In this document: positions 24,387-34,076 of the stretch, in pieces
How positions within the stretch are numbered: the first letter of the stretch is position 1
Layout of the letters: each line of letters starts with the position of its first letter
Sequence record: PZ000615.1
Reading direction: 5' to 3' (one strand)
Length of the DNA: 51,960 nucleotides
Source of the DNA: a phage
Made by a program: the position numbers and the translations under genes
The notes under the pieces: model-generated
The model's input: the letters and a program-made list of their open reading frames with translations, nothing else
Database searches by the model: none
Told to the model about the DNA's origin: nothing

Positions 24387-24572
24387 ATGCTCTATGACGT
24401 CAAAATCACAATTCGCAAGCTAGGCCGAGCGTGCGCCACTTGCAAGCAAGATCTTGTTGGTCAGTTTGAAGCTGACTCAGCAGAGGGAGCGGTTAAGGCC
24501 GCGAAAGATAGCGTGAGCGTCGATTGGGATACTCACCAGGCGTTAATTAACTATGTAAGGAAATCATCATGA
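24387..24572 (+). CDS. Hypothetical protein
   Basis: Track ORF, GAGGAG SD. Confidence 0.45.
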   Translation: MLYDVKITIRKLGRACATCKQDLVGQFEADSAEGAVKAAKDSVSVDWDTHQALINYVRKSS

Positions 24573-24934
24573 TCACAACTATCATCATGTGTTTAATCTT
24601 CTTTGTTTTGGGTGGCGGCTTTACGTTCGTCGTAATTGCGGCTGGTGTTACTGAGTGCGCCAAGGATGGAATCCTTGCGGCGGCTTTCTACTCAGAGAAG
24701 CGCAAGCGTTGGGAGGTGATCGGCAATTATATGACCGTCTCCGGCAAGATCGGCAATATCCTAAAATCAGAAAATGCAGCCGAAAAGCTACACTACGTTG
24801 ACCTTGATCCTAAACCCAAGGAAAACAAAGAGCCGCTTAGCAAGCGATTCAAGGTGAAGTTAGGCATCAAGCGATCTGGCAAGGGCTGGCGACTCGATAA
24901 AAATAAGTCTGCCAACTTCAAACAAAGTGAATAA
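24569..24934 (+). CDS. Membrane-anchored hypothetical protein
   Basis: N-terminal TM IIMCLIFFVLGGGFTFVVIAAGV; followed by terminator. Confidence 0.45.
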   Translation: MITTIIMCLIFFVLGGGFTFVVIAAGVTECAKDGILAAAFYSEKRKRWEVIGNYMTVSGKIGNILKSENAAEKLHYVDLDPKPKENKEPLSKRFKVKLGIKRSGKGWRLDKNKSANFKQSE

Positions 24935-24940
24935 AAACTA

Positions 24941-24963
24941 ACCCGCTACGGCGGGTTTTTTTT
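24941..24963 (+). terminator. Rho-independent terminator closing the early array
   Basis: CCCGC-TACG-GCGGG followed by T8. Confidence 0.6.
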
Positions 24964-24974
24964 CGTCTGTAATC

Positions 24975-24983
24975 TGGTATAAT
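24975..24983 (+). promoter_or_regulatory. Extended -10 promoter element (TGgTATAAT) upstream of terminase genes
   Basis: TGGTATAAT immediately after terminator T-tract, ~25 nt upstream of terminase small subunit start; no palindromic element. Confidence 0.35.
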
Positions 24984-25008
24984 CAGGCGACCAACAGAGG
25001 AGCGTAAA

Positions 25009-25539
25009 ATGAAAGACCAACGCAGCGCGAACGAGCGCATTACAGAGCGCGGCAACTTCAAAGAGTTGTACCGCAAAAAGTACGGTGACGTGATCTCCCG
25101 AACCAAGATCTTAACTCCTGAGCAGCTTTTTGATATGGGTGTCGCCTATTTCGAGTGGGCTGAGGCGAACCACATCAAGGCGGCTGAAACTGCATCCTTC
25201 CAGGGTGAGGTTAGCGAGAGCCTGGTTCACAAGGTGCGAGTGTTCACCCTCAACGGGTTTGCCCTGTATGCCGGATGCACGCTCAACACTCTCAACCGAT
25301 ACAGATCCGAACCAGCATACGCTGAGGTGATGGAGTTCATTGACTCGGTCGTGTATGAGCAGAAATTCCAGCTAGCGGCTAACGGCATCGTTAACCCTGG
25401 CTTTATTGGCAAAGATCTTGGCATCGACAAACCAGCAAACATCACCGTCGAAACCATTTCCAGCTCTCAGAGCAGCGCTATCGGAACGGTTGAGCAGCAA
25501 ATGGAACAGGCAGTTTCTAACGTTCTTGACAGCCTGTAA
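25009..25539 (+). CDS. Putative terminase small subunit
   Basis: Position immediately upstream of terminase large subunit, size 176 aa, follows terminator plus extended -10 promoter. Confidence 0.5.
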   Translation: MKDQRSANERITERGNFKELYRKKYGDVISRTKILTPEQLFDMGVAYFEWAEANHIKAAETASFQGEVSESLVHKVRVFTLNGFALYAGCTLNTLNRYRSEPAYAEVMEFIDSVVYEQKFQLAANGIVNPGFIGKDLGIDKPANITVETISSSQSSAIGTVEQQMEQAVSNVLDSL

Positions 25540-25548
25540 GGAGTTCTT

Positions 25549-27111
25549 ATGTTGCTATGGGAAGAGATGACCGCACAGGAAAAACTGGCGGTCAAGATGA
25601 TGAGCAAGCACTCATTTGAGAAGATGATCCGGATCTGGTTCCAGCTACAGCAAGCGCAGAAATTCCTGCCAAACTGGCATCACCTTTGGCTTTGTCATGA
25701 GGTAGAGGAAATTATTGCTGGTCGACGGGGTAACACGATCTTTAACGTCACCCCTGGCTCAGGTAAAACAGAGGTGTTTTCTATCCACCTTCCTGTTTAC
25801 TCAATGATAAACCTAAAGAAGATCCGAAACCTCAACATCTCGTTTGCTGACAGTCTTGTGAAACGTAACTCTAAGCGCGTGCGGGAAATCATCGCATCGA
25901 AAGAGTTCCAAGAGCTATGGCCTTGCAAGTTCGCAACATCCAAGGACGACGAAATCCAGATCCTAAACGGCGATGACAAGGTTTGGTTTGAGCTAATATC
26001 AAAGGCGGCTGGCGGTCAGATCACTGGCTCTCGTGGCGGCTACATGACGGATGGTTTTTCCGGCATGGTTATGCTTGACGATATCGACAAGCCTGATGAC
26101 ATGTTCTCAAAGGTGAAGCGCGAGCGAACGCACACGCTACTGAAAAACACCATTCGATCACGACGAATGAAGGACTCCACGCCAATCATTGCTATTCAGC
26201 AGCGATTGCACGCGCAGGATTCGACATGGTTCATGATGAATGGGGGGATGGGTATAGAGTTCGATCAGATCTCCATTCCGGCGCTGGTTACTGAGGAATA
26301 CGGCGAGTCGTTGCCTGACTGGTTAAAACCACACTTCCGAAAGGATGTGTTGGGATCTGAATCGGTAGAGATTGACGGAGTGAAGCATTACTCTTTCTGG
26401 CCTGAAAAGGAAAGCGTACATGACCTCTTGGCACTACGAGAAGCTGACCTTTACACTTTTGAATCTCAGTACCAGCAGCGACCAATCGCTCTCGGCGGCT
26501 CGGTTTTCAATGCCGAATGGTGGACTTATTACGGACACTCACTTGAGGCTCATGAGCCGTATCCTGAGAAATGGGAGTACAGATTCATCACGGCTGATAC
26601 CGCTCAGAAGAAAGGGGAGTTGAACGACTATTCCGTGTTTATCCTCTGGGGTCGCAAAGGTGATAAGGTCTACTTCATCGACGGCGTAAGGGGCAAGTTT
26701 GACGCTCCTGAGCTGAGGACTGAGTTTGAGGCGTTTGTTAAAAAGTGCTGGCGCGACAACAAAGCTCAAGGCGTGCTGAGAAAAATTTACGTGGAAGATA
26801 AAGCGAGCGGTACGGGTTTGATTCAGGATATGGAGAAGAAACTCCCGATCAAGATCACGCCGCTACAGCGAGACAAGGACAAGGTTACACGAGCGATGGA
26901 TGCTCAGCCAGTTATCAAGGCTGGTCGTGTCGTACTGCCGGAATCTCACCCTATGCTTGCCGAGTTCGTTGCGGAGCATAGCGCTTTCACGTATGATGAT
27001 ACTCATCCGCACGATGACATTGTAGATAACACGATGGATGCAGTGAATGAGGAATTGAACATTGCAAGCGATCCGGTTGCGCGAATGAAGCGTTTAGCGG
27101 GTATGAAATAA
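25549..27111 (+). CDS. Terminase large subunit
   Basis: Walker A TPGSGKT, Walker B MLDDIDKPDD, C-terminal nuclease-like acidic region; 520 aa. Confidence 0.8.
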   Translation: MLLWEEMTAQEKLAVKMMSKHSFEKMIRIWFQLQQAQKFLPNWHHLWLCHEVEEIIAGRRGNTIFNVTPGSGKTEVFSIHLPVYSMINLKKIRNLNISFADSLVKRNSKRVREIIASKEFQELWPCKFATSKDDEIQILNGDDKVWFELISKAAGGQITGSRGGYMTDGFSGMVMLDDIDKPDDMFSKVKRERTHTLLKNTIRSRRMKDSTPIIAIQQRLHAQDSTWFMMNGGMGIEFDQISIPALVTEEYGESLPDWLKPHFRKDVLGSESVEIDGVKHYSFWPEKESVHDLLALREADLYTFESQYQQRPIALGGSVFNAEWWTYYGHSLEAHEPYPEKWEYRFITADTAQKKGELNDYSVFILWGRKGDKVYFIDGVRGKFDAPELRTEFEAFVKKCWRDNKAQGVLRKIYVEDKASGTGLIQDMEKKLPIKITPLQRDKDKVTRAMDAQPVIKAGRVVLPESHPMLAEFVAEHSAFTYDDTHPHDDIVDNTMDAVNEELNIASDPVARMKRLAGMK

Positions 27112-27149
27112 ACCGAGGGGCGAAAGCCCCTCTTTAACGAGGGCTTAAT

Positions 27150-28436
27150 ATGAAGCACGTAAAATCAGACGGTTACAACCAGACGTTCGGGAATGATGAC
27201 GGCTCCGAGGGAGTTGGCATTGTTTCATTTCTTGGTACTGGTGGAGCCATTCAAGATCCGTTAGTCCAATTCTATTATGAAAACAACATTGCACGACGAA
27301 TTGTTGACGTCATCCCTGAGGAGATGGTTTCACCTGGGTTTAAGGTTAATGGCGTTAGCGATAACGACGCGTTCCAGTCGGAATGGACAGCCAAAAAGCT
27401 TGACGCTCAGATCGTAGATGCTCTCTGCTGGTCTCGCCTGTTCGGTGGCTCCGCTATCCTGGCTATGGTCAATGACCGTCGAAACCTGAAATCACCAGTT
27501 GGAGAGGGTACTCTCGAATCGGTTCGCGTTTACGACAAGACTCAGATTGAGATCTCAGAGAAGGAAACTAACCCTCGAAACGTTCGGTTTGGTCTGCCTA
27601 AGCTGTACACAATCAAGCCGGATGACGGCCTTGAATTTGACGTTCACTACAGCCGCCTACATATCCTTGACGGCGACAGAATCCCGAACAAGCTACGCAA
27701 GGAGCTTAAAGGGTGGGGTGTCAGCGTCCTATCTCCGGATCTCATCAAGGCTATTAAAGACTATTCGAACTGCCATTTCCTGGCGACTGAGTTACTGAAG
27801 CGCAAGCAACAGACCGTGTGGAAAGCAAAGGACTTGGCAGCGCTGTGTGATGATAATGAGGGCATGTACGCCGCACGTCTGCGACTGGCTCAGGTTTCTG
27901 AAAACTCCGGCGTAGGCAAGCCAGTTGGCATTGATGCAGACGATGAAGAGTACGACATCCTGAACAGCGACATCACTGGTGTGCCTGAGTTCATGACGAT
28001 GAAAATGGATCGCATTGTTGAGCTTTGCGGAATCCACGAAATCATCATTAAGAATAAGAACACTGGCGGCGTGAGCGCGAGTCAGAACACTGCATTGCAG
28101 ACGTTCTATAAGCTGATCGAGCGAAAACGAAAGGATGACTTACAACCAATCCTTGAGTTTCTCTTGGGTTTCATGCTTAATGCTGAGGAGTGGTCGGTTG
28201 AGTTTGAACCTCTGTCAATTCCGTCCGATACCGAAAAGGCGAAAATCCTCAAGGATAACGCTGACTCTGTAGAGAAGCTGGTAAATGGTCAGGTGATGGA
28301 TACGGATGAGGCTCGCGAAACCCTCGACAACATGAACCTCGGACTCAAGTTTAAGGCTGGATCTCCAAAGCTACCAACGCGAGAAGAGGTGAAGAAACAA
28401 CAGGCGCAGGAGAAAGAGAATGAGGTTGATTCCTAA
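27150..28436 (+). CDS. Portal protein
   Basis: 428-aa ORF between terminase and head morphogenesis genes; typical position and size. Confidence 0.7.
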   Translation: MKHVKSDGYNQTFGNDDGSEGVGIVSFLGTGGAIQDPLVQFYYENNIARRIVDVIPEEMVSPGFKVNGVSDNDAFQSEWTAKKLDAQIVDALCWSRLFGGSAILAMVNDRRNLKSPVGEGTLESVRVYDKTQIEISEKETNPRNVRFGLPKLYTIKPDDGLEFDVHYSRLHILDGDRIPNKLRKELKGWGVSVLSPDLIKAIKDYSNCHFLATELLKRKQQTVWKAKDLAALCDDNEGMYAARLRLAQVSENSGVGKPVGIDADDEEYDILNSDITGVPEFMTMKMDRIVELCGIHEIIIKNKNTGGVSASQNTALQTFYKLIERKRKDDLQPILEFLLGFMLNAEEWSVEFEPLSIPSDTEKAKILKDNADSVEKLVNGQVMDTDEARETLDNMNLGLKFKAGSPKLPTREEVKKQQAQEKENEVDS

Positions 28437-29172
28437 CTGGCGCTTTCCTGAATCAAGCGAGCGGCAATTAAGCCGCTCCTTACAGGAGGCAACAAGAGAC
28501 TCAGTAATCCTGATGCGTGATCGCCTTGGGTCGTTGAAGTTTGACGCCGATGAGAACGAGATCGCACAGGCCGAGGAGGATTTGGAGGCGGAAGTTTTAG
28601 CCATATTCCTTTCGGTGGCTTTCGGTCTGTACGCTATAGGCCGGACGGTTTACCGATTCAACTCCCAACAGTGGCTTGCAATTGCTATCACCTCAGGCGG
28701 CAAGGATAACGCGGCTGTTATGACTCTCGACAAGTTCGGGGCTAATGAGCAGGAGACATGGTTCAGACAGAAAATTGAATTATGGGAAGGTACGGCAAGG
28801 AACAGCGTAACGAAACTCGCAAAGGACATCGTCGCTGACTGGTCATCAAACGTCAGGGTTTCAGCGATGAAGGGCGCGAGCCGAAAAGAGGTTGACGCAA
28901 CTATAGAAAAGCGATACGCAATCTATGGGAGCTGGTCAAAGAATCGCGCTAGTGGTATCATTGGCACGTTCAACTCTATGCTGATGAAGCAAAGGCTTTA
29001 TGACGCTGGAGTCGCATTCTACATCTGGCGCGGCAAAATGGATGATCGCGAAAGGGCATCCCATATTCTACTTGAGGGCGTGAAGCGCTCAGTATTTGGA
29101 GAGGGGATTTTCCCAGGCGAGGAGTACAATTGTCGTTGTTGGGCTGTTCCATACTGGGGAGATAAAAAGTGA
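28420..29172 (+). CDS. Head morphogenesis protein (Mu F / SPP1 gp7-like)
   Basis: Position after portal; C-terminal FYIWRGKMDDRERASH...NCRCWAVPY. Confidence 0.55.
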   Translation: MRLIPNWRFPESSERQLSRSLQEATRDSVILMRDRLGSLKFDADENEIAQAEEDLEAEVLAIFLSVAFGLYAIGRTVYRFNSQQWLAIAITSGGKDNAAVMTLDKFGANEQETWFRQKIELWEGTARNSVTKLAKDIVADWSSNVRVSAMKGASRKEVDATIEKRYAIYGSWSKNRASGIIGTFNSMLMKQRLYDAGVAFYIWRGKMDDRERASHILLEGVKRSVFGEGIFPGEEYNCRCWAVPYWGDKK

Positions 29173-30302
29173 AAAAGCAACGTTATGATAGCGTAAGGGT
29201 AAAGGCTCGTTTCGATGAGAATGGTTTTCTTGTTGATACGCCTATCGTTGCGCGAATTGGTGCGCAGACCTACTACAAGGCCGACGGCACTCCGAGAGTC
29301 GAATTCCGTCCGGCATCCGAAGTTTTCAAGCCTGAGTCACTGGCTACCTATCAGGGCAAGCCGATCACTCTCGGTCACGTGACCGTAAACAGCAAGAACG
29401 CAAAGCAGGTCGTTGTTGGCTCCTGTTCCGGCGTTGGCGTTCGAGCTGATAATGGCGTTGAGGTTCCGGTAACTGTTTATGACAGTGAAGCAATCGGAAA
29501 GGCAAAGCAAAAGATCGCGGCGGAGTTGTCGGTAGGTTACACGTCTGTAGATATTGAAGAGCCTGGTTGGGGCTGTAACGAAACTGGTGAGTACATTCTC
29601 GACAAGGATAAGAATGACTCAGATCACATTCCCGCCTCATGGGTTCGATTTGATGCTCTGCAAACTGAAATCACAGTTAACCATGTTGCGATGGTTTTTC
29701 GTGGCAGGGCTGGAATTGCGAAATTAAACCTTGATAGCGAGCAAGAGTTCCCGTATGATGAACTCGTTCCTAACAAAACTGATGAGGGTTTAGAAATGAA
29801 GAAAATCAAAATTGACGGCGTTGAATATGAAGTTCCGGTTCAGGTTGCGATTGCTCTTGAGAAAGCTGACGCTGCTGTTTCCGGCATCTCTGTAAAAGTT
29901 GACGCTGCCGTTGACGCTGCTGTTGCAGTAATCACCGCCGAGCGCGATCAGTTAAAAGTGAAGGTTGACTCAATCCCTGAACTGATCAAGGCCGCTCTCG
30001 ACAAGGCGAAAACTGACGAGGCCGCACTCGTTGCCCTGGTAGCTACAGCCGCCGATTTCGGTGTTAAAGCTGACGGTATGGACGCGAAAGCGATCAAGCT
30101 GGCAGTAATCAAAGAGGCTTCAGGTATCGACGCGAGCGCAAAAGATGACGCTTATATTGATGCATCGTTTGATTTTGCTGTAAACTCTGATAAAATGGCG
30201 CAACAGCGTCTTACTGTAAACGGCAAAGAGAAAGGCGACGAGAAAGGCAAGAAGAACGACGCCGATGAGATTCCAAACCCTCAGAACCGTTTCCGTAAGT
30301 AA
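29169..30302 (+). CDS. Putative head scaffolding / prohead core protein
   Basis: GTG start overlapping upstream stop; C-terminal Ala/Lys/Asp-rich helical region; position between morphogenesis and capsid genes. Confidence 0.5.
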   Translation: MKKQRYDSVRVKARFDENGFLVDTPIVARIGAQTYYKADGTPRVEFRPASEVFKPESLATYQGKPITLGHVTVNSKNAKQVVVGSCSGVGVRADNGVEVPVTVYDSEAIGKAKQKIAAELSVGYTSVDIEEPGWGCNETGEYILDKDKNDSDHIPASWVRFDALQTEITVNHVAMVFRGRAGIAKLNLDSEQEFPYDELVPNKTDEGLEMKKIKIDGVEYEVPVQVAIALEKADAAVSGISVKVDAAVDAAVAVITAERDQLKVKVDSIPELIKAALDKAKTDEAALVALVATAADFGVKADGMDAKAIKLAVIKEASGIDASAKDDAYIDASFDFAVNSDKMAQQRLTVNGKEKGDEKGKKNDADEIPNPQNRFRK

Positions 30303-30354
30303 TACCGATCAGGGAGGTTAGCTCCTCCCTAAACTTTCCATTAAGGAGATTATC

Positions 30355-30882
30355 ATGGCTCTAATTCGTGCATCATATACAGTTCATCGTGGTCAGGCTT
30401 ACGTTGGTCAGATCGCGGATACCTCACTTTACAACATCGACGGCGCTTGCGCTGCTGACGGAGTAGTCCCGATTGGCATCCCTGTTGCAGTTCAAGAAGT
30501 TCAGCCGATTGAAGGTCACAAGGTAGTCAAGCTGGCAACTGACAACTCCCTGCCAATCCTGGGTGTAACAATTATGTCTCACTCAAACTCTCCTGCTGGT
30601 CAGTACGAGGATGGTTTGGCGGTAAACGTAATGACTCATGGCCGAGTGTGGGTTAAGGCGTCAAACGATCTGACTGAAGCTCAAGCGTCATTTGACAAGG
30701 TTGTTTCATTCGACGCTAACGGCGTTGTTACTGACGGCGGCGCGGTTAAGACTGGCTACAAATTCACTGGTGAGATCCTACAGGGTCAGCAGGAGCCAGG
30801 CGGTCAGCCGTTCAAGCTGGTTAAAATTCAGGTGCTGCAATCAGCCGCAATTCCTTCATCTGGCGGCGTGACTGGTGAGTAA
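30355..30882 (+). CDS. Putative head decoration/accessory protein
   Basis: AAGGAG SD; position directly upstream of major capsid gene; Gly/Val-rich. Confidence 0.4.
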   Translation: MALIRASYTVHRGQAYVGQIADTSLYNIDGACAADGVVPIGIPVAVQEVQPIEGHKVVKLATDNSLPILGVTIMSHSNSPAGQYEDGLAVNVMTHGRVWVKASNDLTEAQASFDKVVSFDANGVVTDGGAVKTGYKFTGEILQGQQEPGGQPFKLVKIQVLQSAAIPSSGGVTGE

Positions 30883-30888
30883 TTAATA

Positions 30889-30909
30889 GGGGGCGAAAGC
30901 CCCCTTTCT
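30889..30909 (+). terminator. Terminator/attenuator hairpin
   Basis: GGGGGC-GAAA-GCCCCC then TTTCT. Confidence 0.45.
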
Positions 30910-30926
30910 AATACCACAAATAATTG

Positions 30927-30954
30927 TTGACCGTTTAACAAAAAGTGCTATTAT
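30927..30954 (+). promoter_or_regulatory. Sigma70-like promoter (TTGACC-N16-TATTAT) with inverted palindromic element in spacer; upstream of capsid gene
   Basis: TTGACC 30927-30932, TATTAT 30949-30954; spacer contains TTTAACAAAAAGTGCTATT, the reverse complement of the early element. Confidence 0.45.
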
Positions 30955-31004
30955 GGAGCCGTGTTCAGCCAAAAGGCTCTATCAACCTAAAGAGGATAAT
31001 CATC

Positions 31005-31958
31005 ATGACGATGAAACTTGATTCATTCGAACAGAACGACATTGTAAACGGCCTCCGCAAGATGGGCGTTGAAGCAGATAAATGTGACCAGTTAGGAATT
31101 TGGACTGTTAACCAGCTCAAGCAGACGCTGAAGCGTCAATATGAGGCGATGTATCCTGAAACTTCAGCTCTCAAGCTGTTCCCAGTAACAACCGAGCTGG
31201 CTCCGACAACTACCAACTTTGAATACCTGAAGTTTGACGGCGTGGCAATGGCAAAAATCATCGCTGACTACACCGACGACCTTCCAACCGTTGAAGCGAT
31301 GTCAAGTGTCGAAACTGGTCGAGTTCACCGACTGGGTAACGCGTGGTTAATCTCCATTGATGAGATCAAAACTGGCGCGGCAATGGGTAACAGCCTGTCA
31401 GACCGTAAAGCGACTCTGGCTCGTGAAGCTCATGAAACCCTGGTTAACAAGCTGGTGTTTAAAGGCTCTCGTCCTCACAAAATCGTAAGCGTGTTCGACC
31501 ATCCGAACATTACCCGAATCACCTCCGCGCCTGGCGCTTGGGCTGATCCGGAACTGGCAAGCGAAGAGCTGACCGACCTGATCGAGAAAATCGAAACTGT
31601 TACTAACGGTCTGCACCGTGTAACCGATATCGTTATTCCTCCGTCTCAGCGTCGACTGCTGGCTAAGCGTATGCCGGAAACGACCATGACATATCTGGAC
31701 TGGTTCAAGTCTCAGAACAACGGCATCGAGATCACCTCTATTGCCGAGCTGGAAGATATCGACGGCGCTGGCACTAAGGCGGTTCTCGCTTACGAGAAAT
31801 CTCCGATGAATATGTCCATCGAGATTCCTGAGGCGTTTAACATGCTGCCTATGCAGCCGAAAGACCTGCACTTCAAAGTACCTTGCACCTCCAAAGCCAC
31901 TGGCTTGATCGTGTATCGTCCTCTGACCATGGCAATGCTCATCGGCGTAGGTAAGTAA
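31005..31958 (+). CDS. Major capsid protein (lambda gpE-like)
   Basis: ATG 31005 after AAGAGGA (track ORF 30945..31958 has an upstream extension); size, position, strong promoter upstream and strong terminator downstream. Confidence 0.7.
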   Translation: MTMKLDSFEQNDIVNGLRKMGVEADKCDQLGIWTVNQLKQTLKRQYEAMYPETSALKLFPVTTELAPTTTNFEYLKFDGVAMAKIIADYTDDLPTVEAMSSVETGRVHRLGNAWLISIDEIKTGAAMGNSLSDRKATLAREAHETLVNKLVFKGSRPHKIVSVFDHPNITRITSAPGAWADPELASEELTDLIEKIETVTNGLHRVTDIVIPPSQRRLLAKRMPETTMTYLDWFKSQNNGIEITSIAELEDIDGAGTKAVLAYEKSPMNMSIEIPEAFNMLPMQPKDLHFKVPCTSKATGLIVYRPLTMAMLIGVGK

Positions 31959-31963
31959 TCGAA

Positions 31964-31993
31964 AGCCCCTGATTAATTTCAGGGGCTTTTTTG
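31964..31993 (+). terminator. Rho-independent terminator after major capsid gene
   Basis: AGCCCCTGA-TTAAT-TTCAGGGGCT followed by TTTTTT. Confidence 0.7.
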
Positions 31994-32058
31994 TTGACTA
32001 ATCAATCCGCATAATGGTAATCTACAGACCTCAACAACAATTGACTAAGGAGTCAAAA

Positions 32059-32421
32059 ATGGCTGGTTTAACTAAAGAAGAAAAAGCAGCACGCGCAGCA
32101 GCAGCAGCGGCGGCAGCAGCAGAAACTGTAACTATCCCTGAGAATGAACTCCCTCGCGAGAATCATAAGATTGTCGTACTGGTTCACGGGCTGGTTCGCA
32201 TCGGTAAGCAGGACTTTGTTACTGACGACGTGGTTGAAATCACCGACGAGCAATTGCAATCTCAGGCGATCAAATATCTGTTCGTTAAGGGGTTCGTTGA
32301 GTTCCTGGACGCTCGCGATAAGACTCGCGAATTCGTGAAAGAAATCCGCTCCGGCAATCGAATCAAAGAGCAGCCCGAAAAGACGGTTGAAGAACTCGAA
32401 AAGGGCGCTGAGATTAAGTAA
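32059..32421 (+). CDS. Hypothetical structural-module protein with poly-Ala N-terminus
   Basis: ATG 32059 after AAGGAG; KAARAAAAAAAAE run; flanked by terminators. Confidence 0.45.
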   Translation: MAGLTKEEKAARAAAAAAAAAETVTIPENELPRENHKIVVLVHGLVRIGKQDFVTDDVVEITDEQLQSQAIKYLFVKGFVEFLDARDKTREFVKEIRSGNRIKEQPEKTVEELEKGAEIK

Positions 32422-32426
32422 CCGAA

Positions 32427-32455
32427 TGGGGCGCTACGGCGTCCCTTTTTTTTTA
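32427..32455 (+). terminator. Rho-independent terminator
   Basis: GGGGCGC-TACG-GCGTCCC followed by T9. Confidence 0.6.
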
Positions 32456-32471
32456 ACTGGAGAAAACCACA

Positions 32472-32876
32472 ATGAACGATTACCAGGAAATATTAGTTAT
32501 CATGCGCAGACTTGCTCCGCCTCTTGGTCAGGTTCCAGATGAGTTGTTGGTTGCCTGGGTTGAGCTAGCTAGCATGTTTGTATGCGGTCACAGGTTCAAA
32601 GACAAGCACGCTCACGCTTTGGCTCTGTACACGATGCACCTGATGTTTTTGGATGGTGCGATGAAAACTGAGGATGAGGACGTTGAGAGCTACTCGCGCC
32701 GAGTAACTGAATTCTCCCTGAACGGTGAATTTACTCAGCGATTCGCAAGCATCTCAAGCGAGAACCAGTCAGGGAAGGTTATACGCTCAACTCCGTGGGG
32801 TAAGATGTACGAGATCCTTAATAAAAAGATGGGCGGCGGGTTTGGTCTGATCACTGGGTTTAAGAGAGGTTGCTGA
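32472..32876 (+). CDS. Putative head-tail connector/adaptor
   Basis: Position after capsid; ~130 aa. Confidence 0.45.
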   Translation: MNDYQEILVIMRRLAPPLGQVPDELLVAWVELASMFVCGHRFKDKHAHALALYTMHLMFLDGAMKTEDEDVESYSRRVTEFSLNGEFTQRFASISSENQSGKVIRSTPWGKMYEILNKKMGGGFGLITGFKRGC

Positions 32877-33250
32877 TGAACTACAAGCAGATTCAGAAAA
32901 TGGCTAGCGCTGGGATCAGAAACTTTTCTGACGATAACGGATGGTTTGATATCATCATTAGCGGCGGCGGGAAGAAAGTCGTTGGCGGGAAAGAGGTCAT
33001 TATTCCGGAGGAGAGAGGTATTCTCAAGGGTGCTGTTCGAGACGTTAATGATCGTGACGTAAACGGAGACTCCATCCGAGCTGGAGACAAACGCGGGTTT
33101 TTCACTTGCGATCAGGAAATAAAGCAGGGTATGCGCGTCATCATTGACGGCGAGATGTACACCGTAGTGAACGCGAGAGCCATAAAGCCAACTGGCACAG
33201 TGGTTGCTTACCGCCCTATACTCCGGCGCGTGGCGGTAGCAAATGGCTAA
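32876..33250 (+). CDS. Putative head closure / head-tail joining protein
   Basis: ATGA coupling; position. Confidence 0.4.
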   Translation: MNYKQIQKMASAGIRNFSDDNGWFDIIISGGGKKVVGGKEVIIPEERGILKGAVRDVNDRDVNGDSIRAGDKRGFFTCDQEIKQGMRVIIDGEMYTVVNARAIKPTGTVVAYRPILRRVAVANG

Positions 33251-33671
33251 CTACACCATAAAGCAGTTTCACAGCACTGTTGATGAGTGGATTAAAGCGG
33301 CTGAGAACAACCTATTCGAGGTCGTGAAAATAGCTTGCTCTGACATCCACCGCGACTTAGTTATGAACTCTCCGGTTGATACAGGGCGCTTTCGTGGCAA
33401 CTGGCAGATAACCTTTAACCGGATGCCACTGTACGCTCTAAATCAATATGACAAGGAGGGTGCTAAAACAATTGCGGAGGGTCAGCGAGCGCTTAGCCTT
33501 TTCGGTAAAGGCTCTGGCATAACGACCATCTATTTCTCCAATATGCTCATCTACGCTAACGCGCTTGAGTACGGTCATTCAAAACAGGCTCCGGCTGGCG
33601 TTCTTGGTATCGTAGCTGTCAGGCTGAGATCGTACTTTGCTAAAGCGGTGAGAGAGGCGAGGGCAAAATAA
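33243..33671 (+). CDS. HK97 gp10-like tail component
   Basis: SPVDTGRFRGNW resembles HK97 gp10 family VDTGxLRxS motif. Confidence 0.5.
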   Translation: MANYTIKQFHSTVDEWIKAAENNLFEVVKIACSDIHRDLVMNSPVDTGRFRGNWQITFNRMPLYALNQYDKEGAKTIAEGQRALSLFGKGSGITTIYFSNMLIYANALEYGHSKQAPAGVLGIVAVRLRSYFAKAVREARAK

Positions 33672-34075
33672 TGCATTACGAACTATATGAGGCTAGCGCT
33701 GAGTTTGTGGCGTCAATCATCCAGGATAGTGACAACCTTGTTGCCTGGGAGAATATCTCTTTCACTCCACCTGTAGACGGATCGGAATACTACCGATTCA
33801 ACTACAAAGAGGCTGACACGGTAACGGTATCACTTGATCGCAAGTGTGCTTACTTTGTCGGAATGGTTCAGGTCGATGTTGTGTTTGCGCCTGGCTCCGG
33901 CATTAGTGTAGCAAGAAAGTTAGCCGCCGATGTTGCAAAAAGTGCTGTCGATGGTACAATGCTTGCGACAGGTTATATTTTATCTCGTGGTGAGGTTCAC
34001 CCCGTTCAGAAATCAGACACGGGCTGGTTCATTCCGGTTCGGTTCTATGTTAGATGTGAAACAAAAGGAGCATAA
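33671..34075 (+). CDS. Putative tail terminator/completion protein
   Basis: TAATG coupling; position upstream of major tail gene. Confidence 0.4.
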   Translation: MHYELYEASAEFVASIIQDSDNLVAWENISFTPPVDGSEYYRFNYKEADTVTVSLDRKCAYFVGMVQVDVVFAPGSGISVARKLAADVAKSAVDGTMLATGYILSRGEVHPVQKSDTGWFIPVRFYVRCETKGA

Positions 34076-34076
34076 C

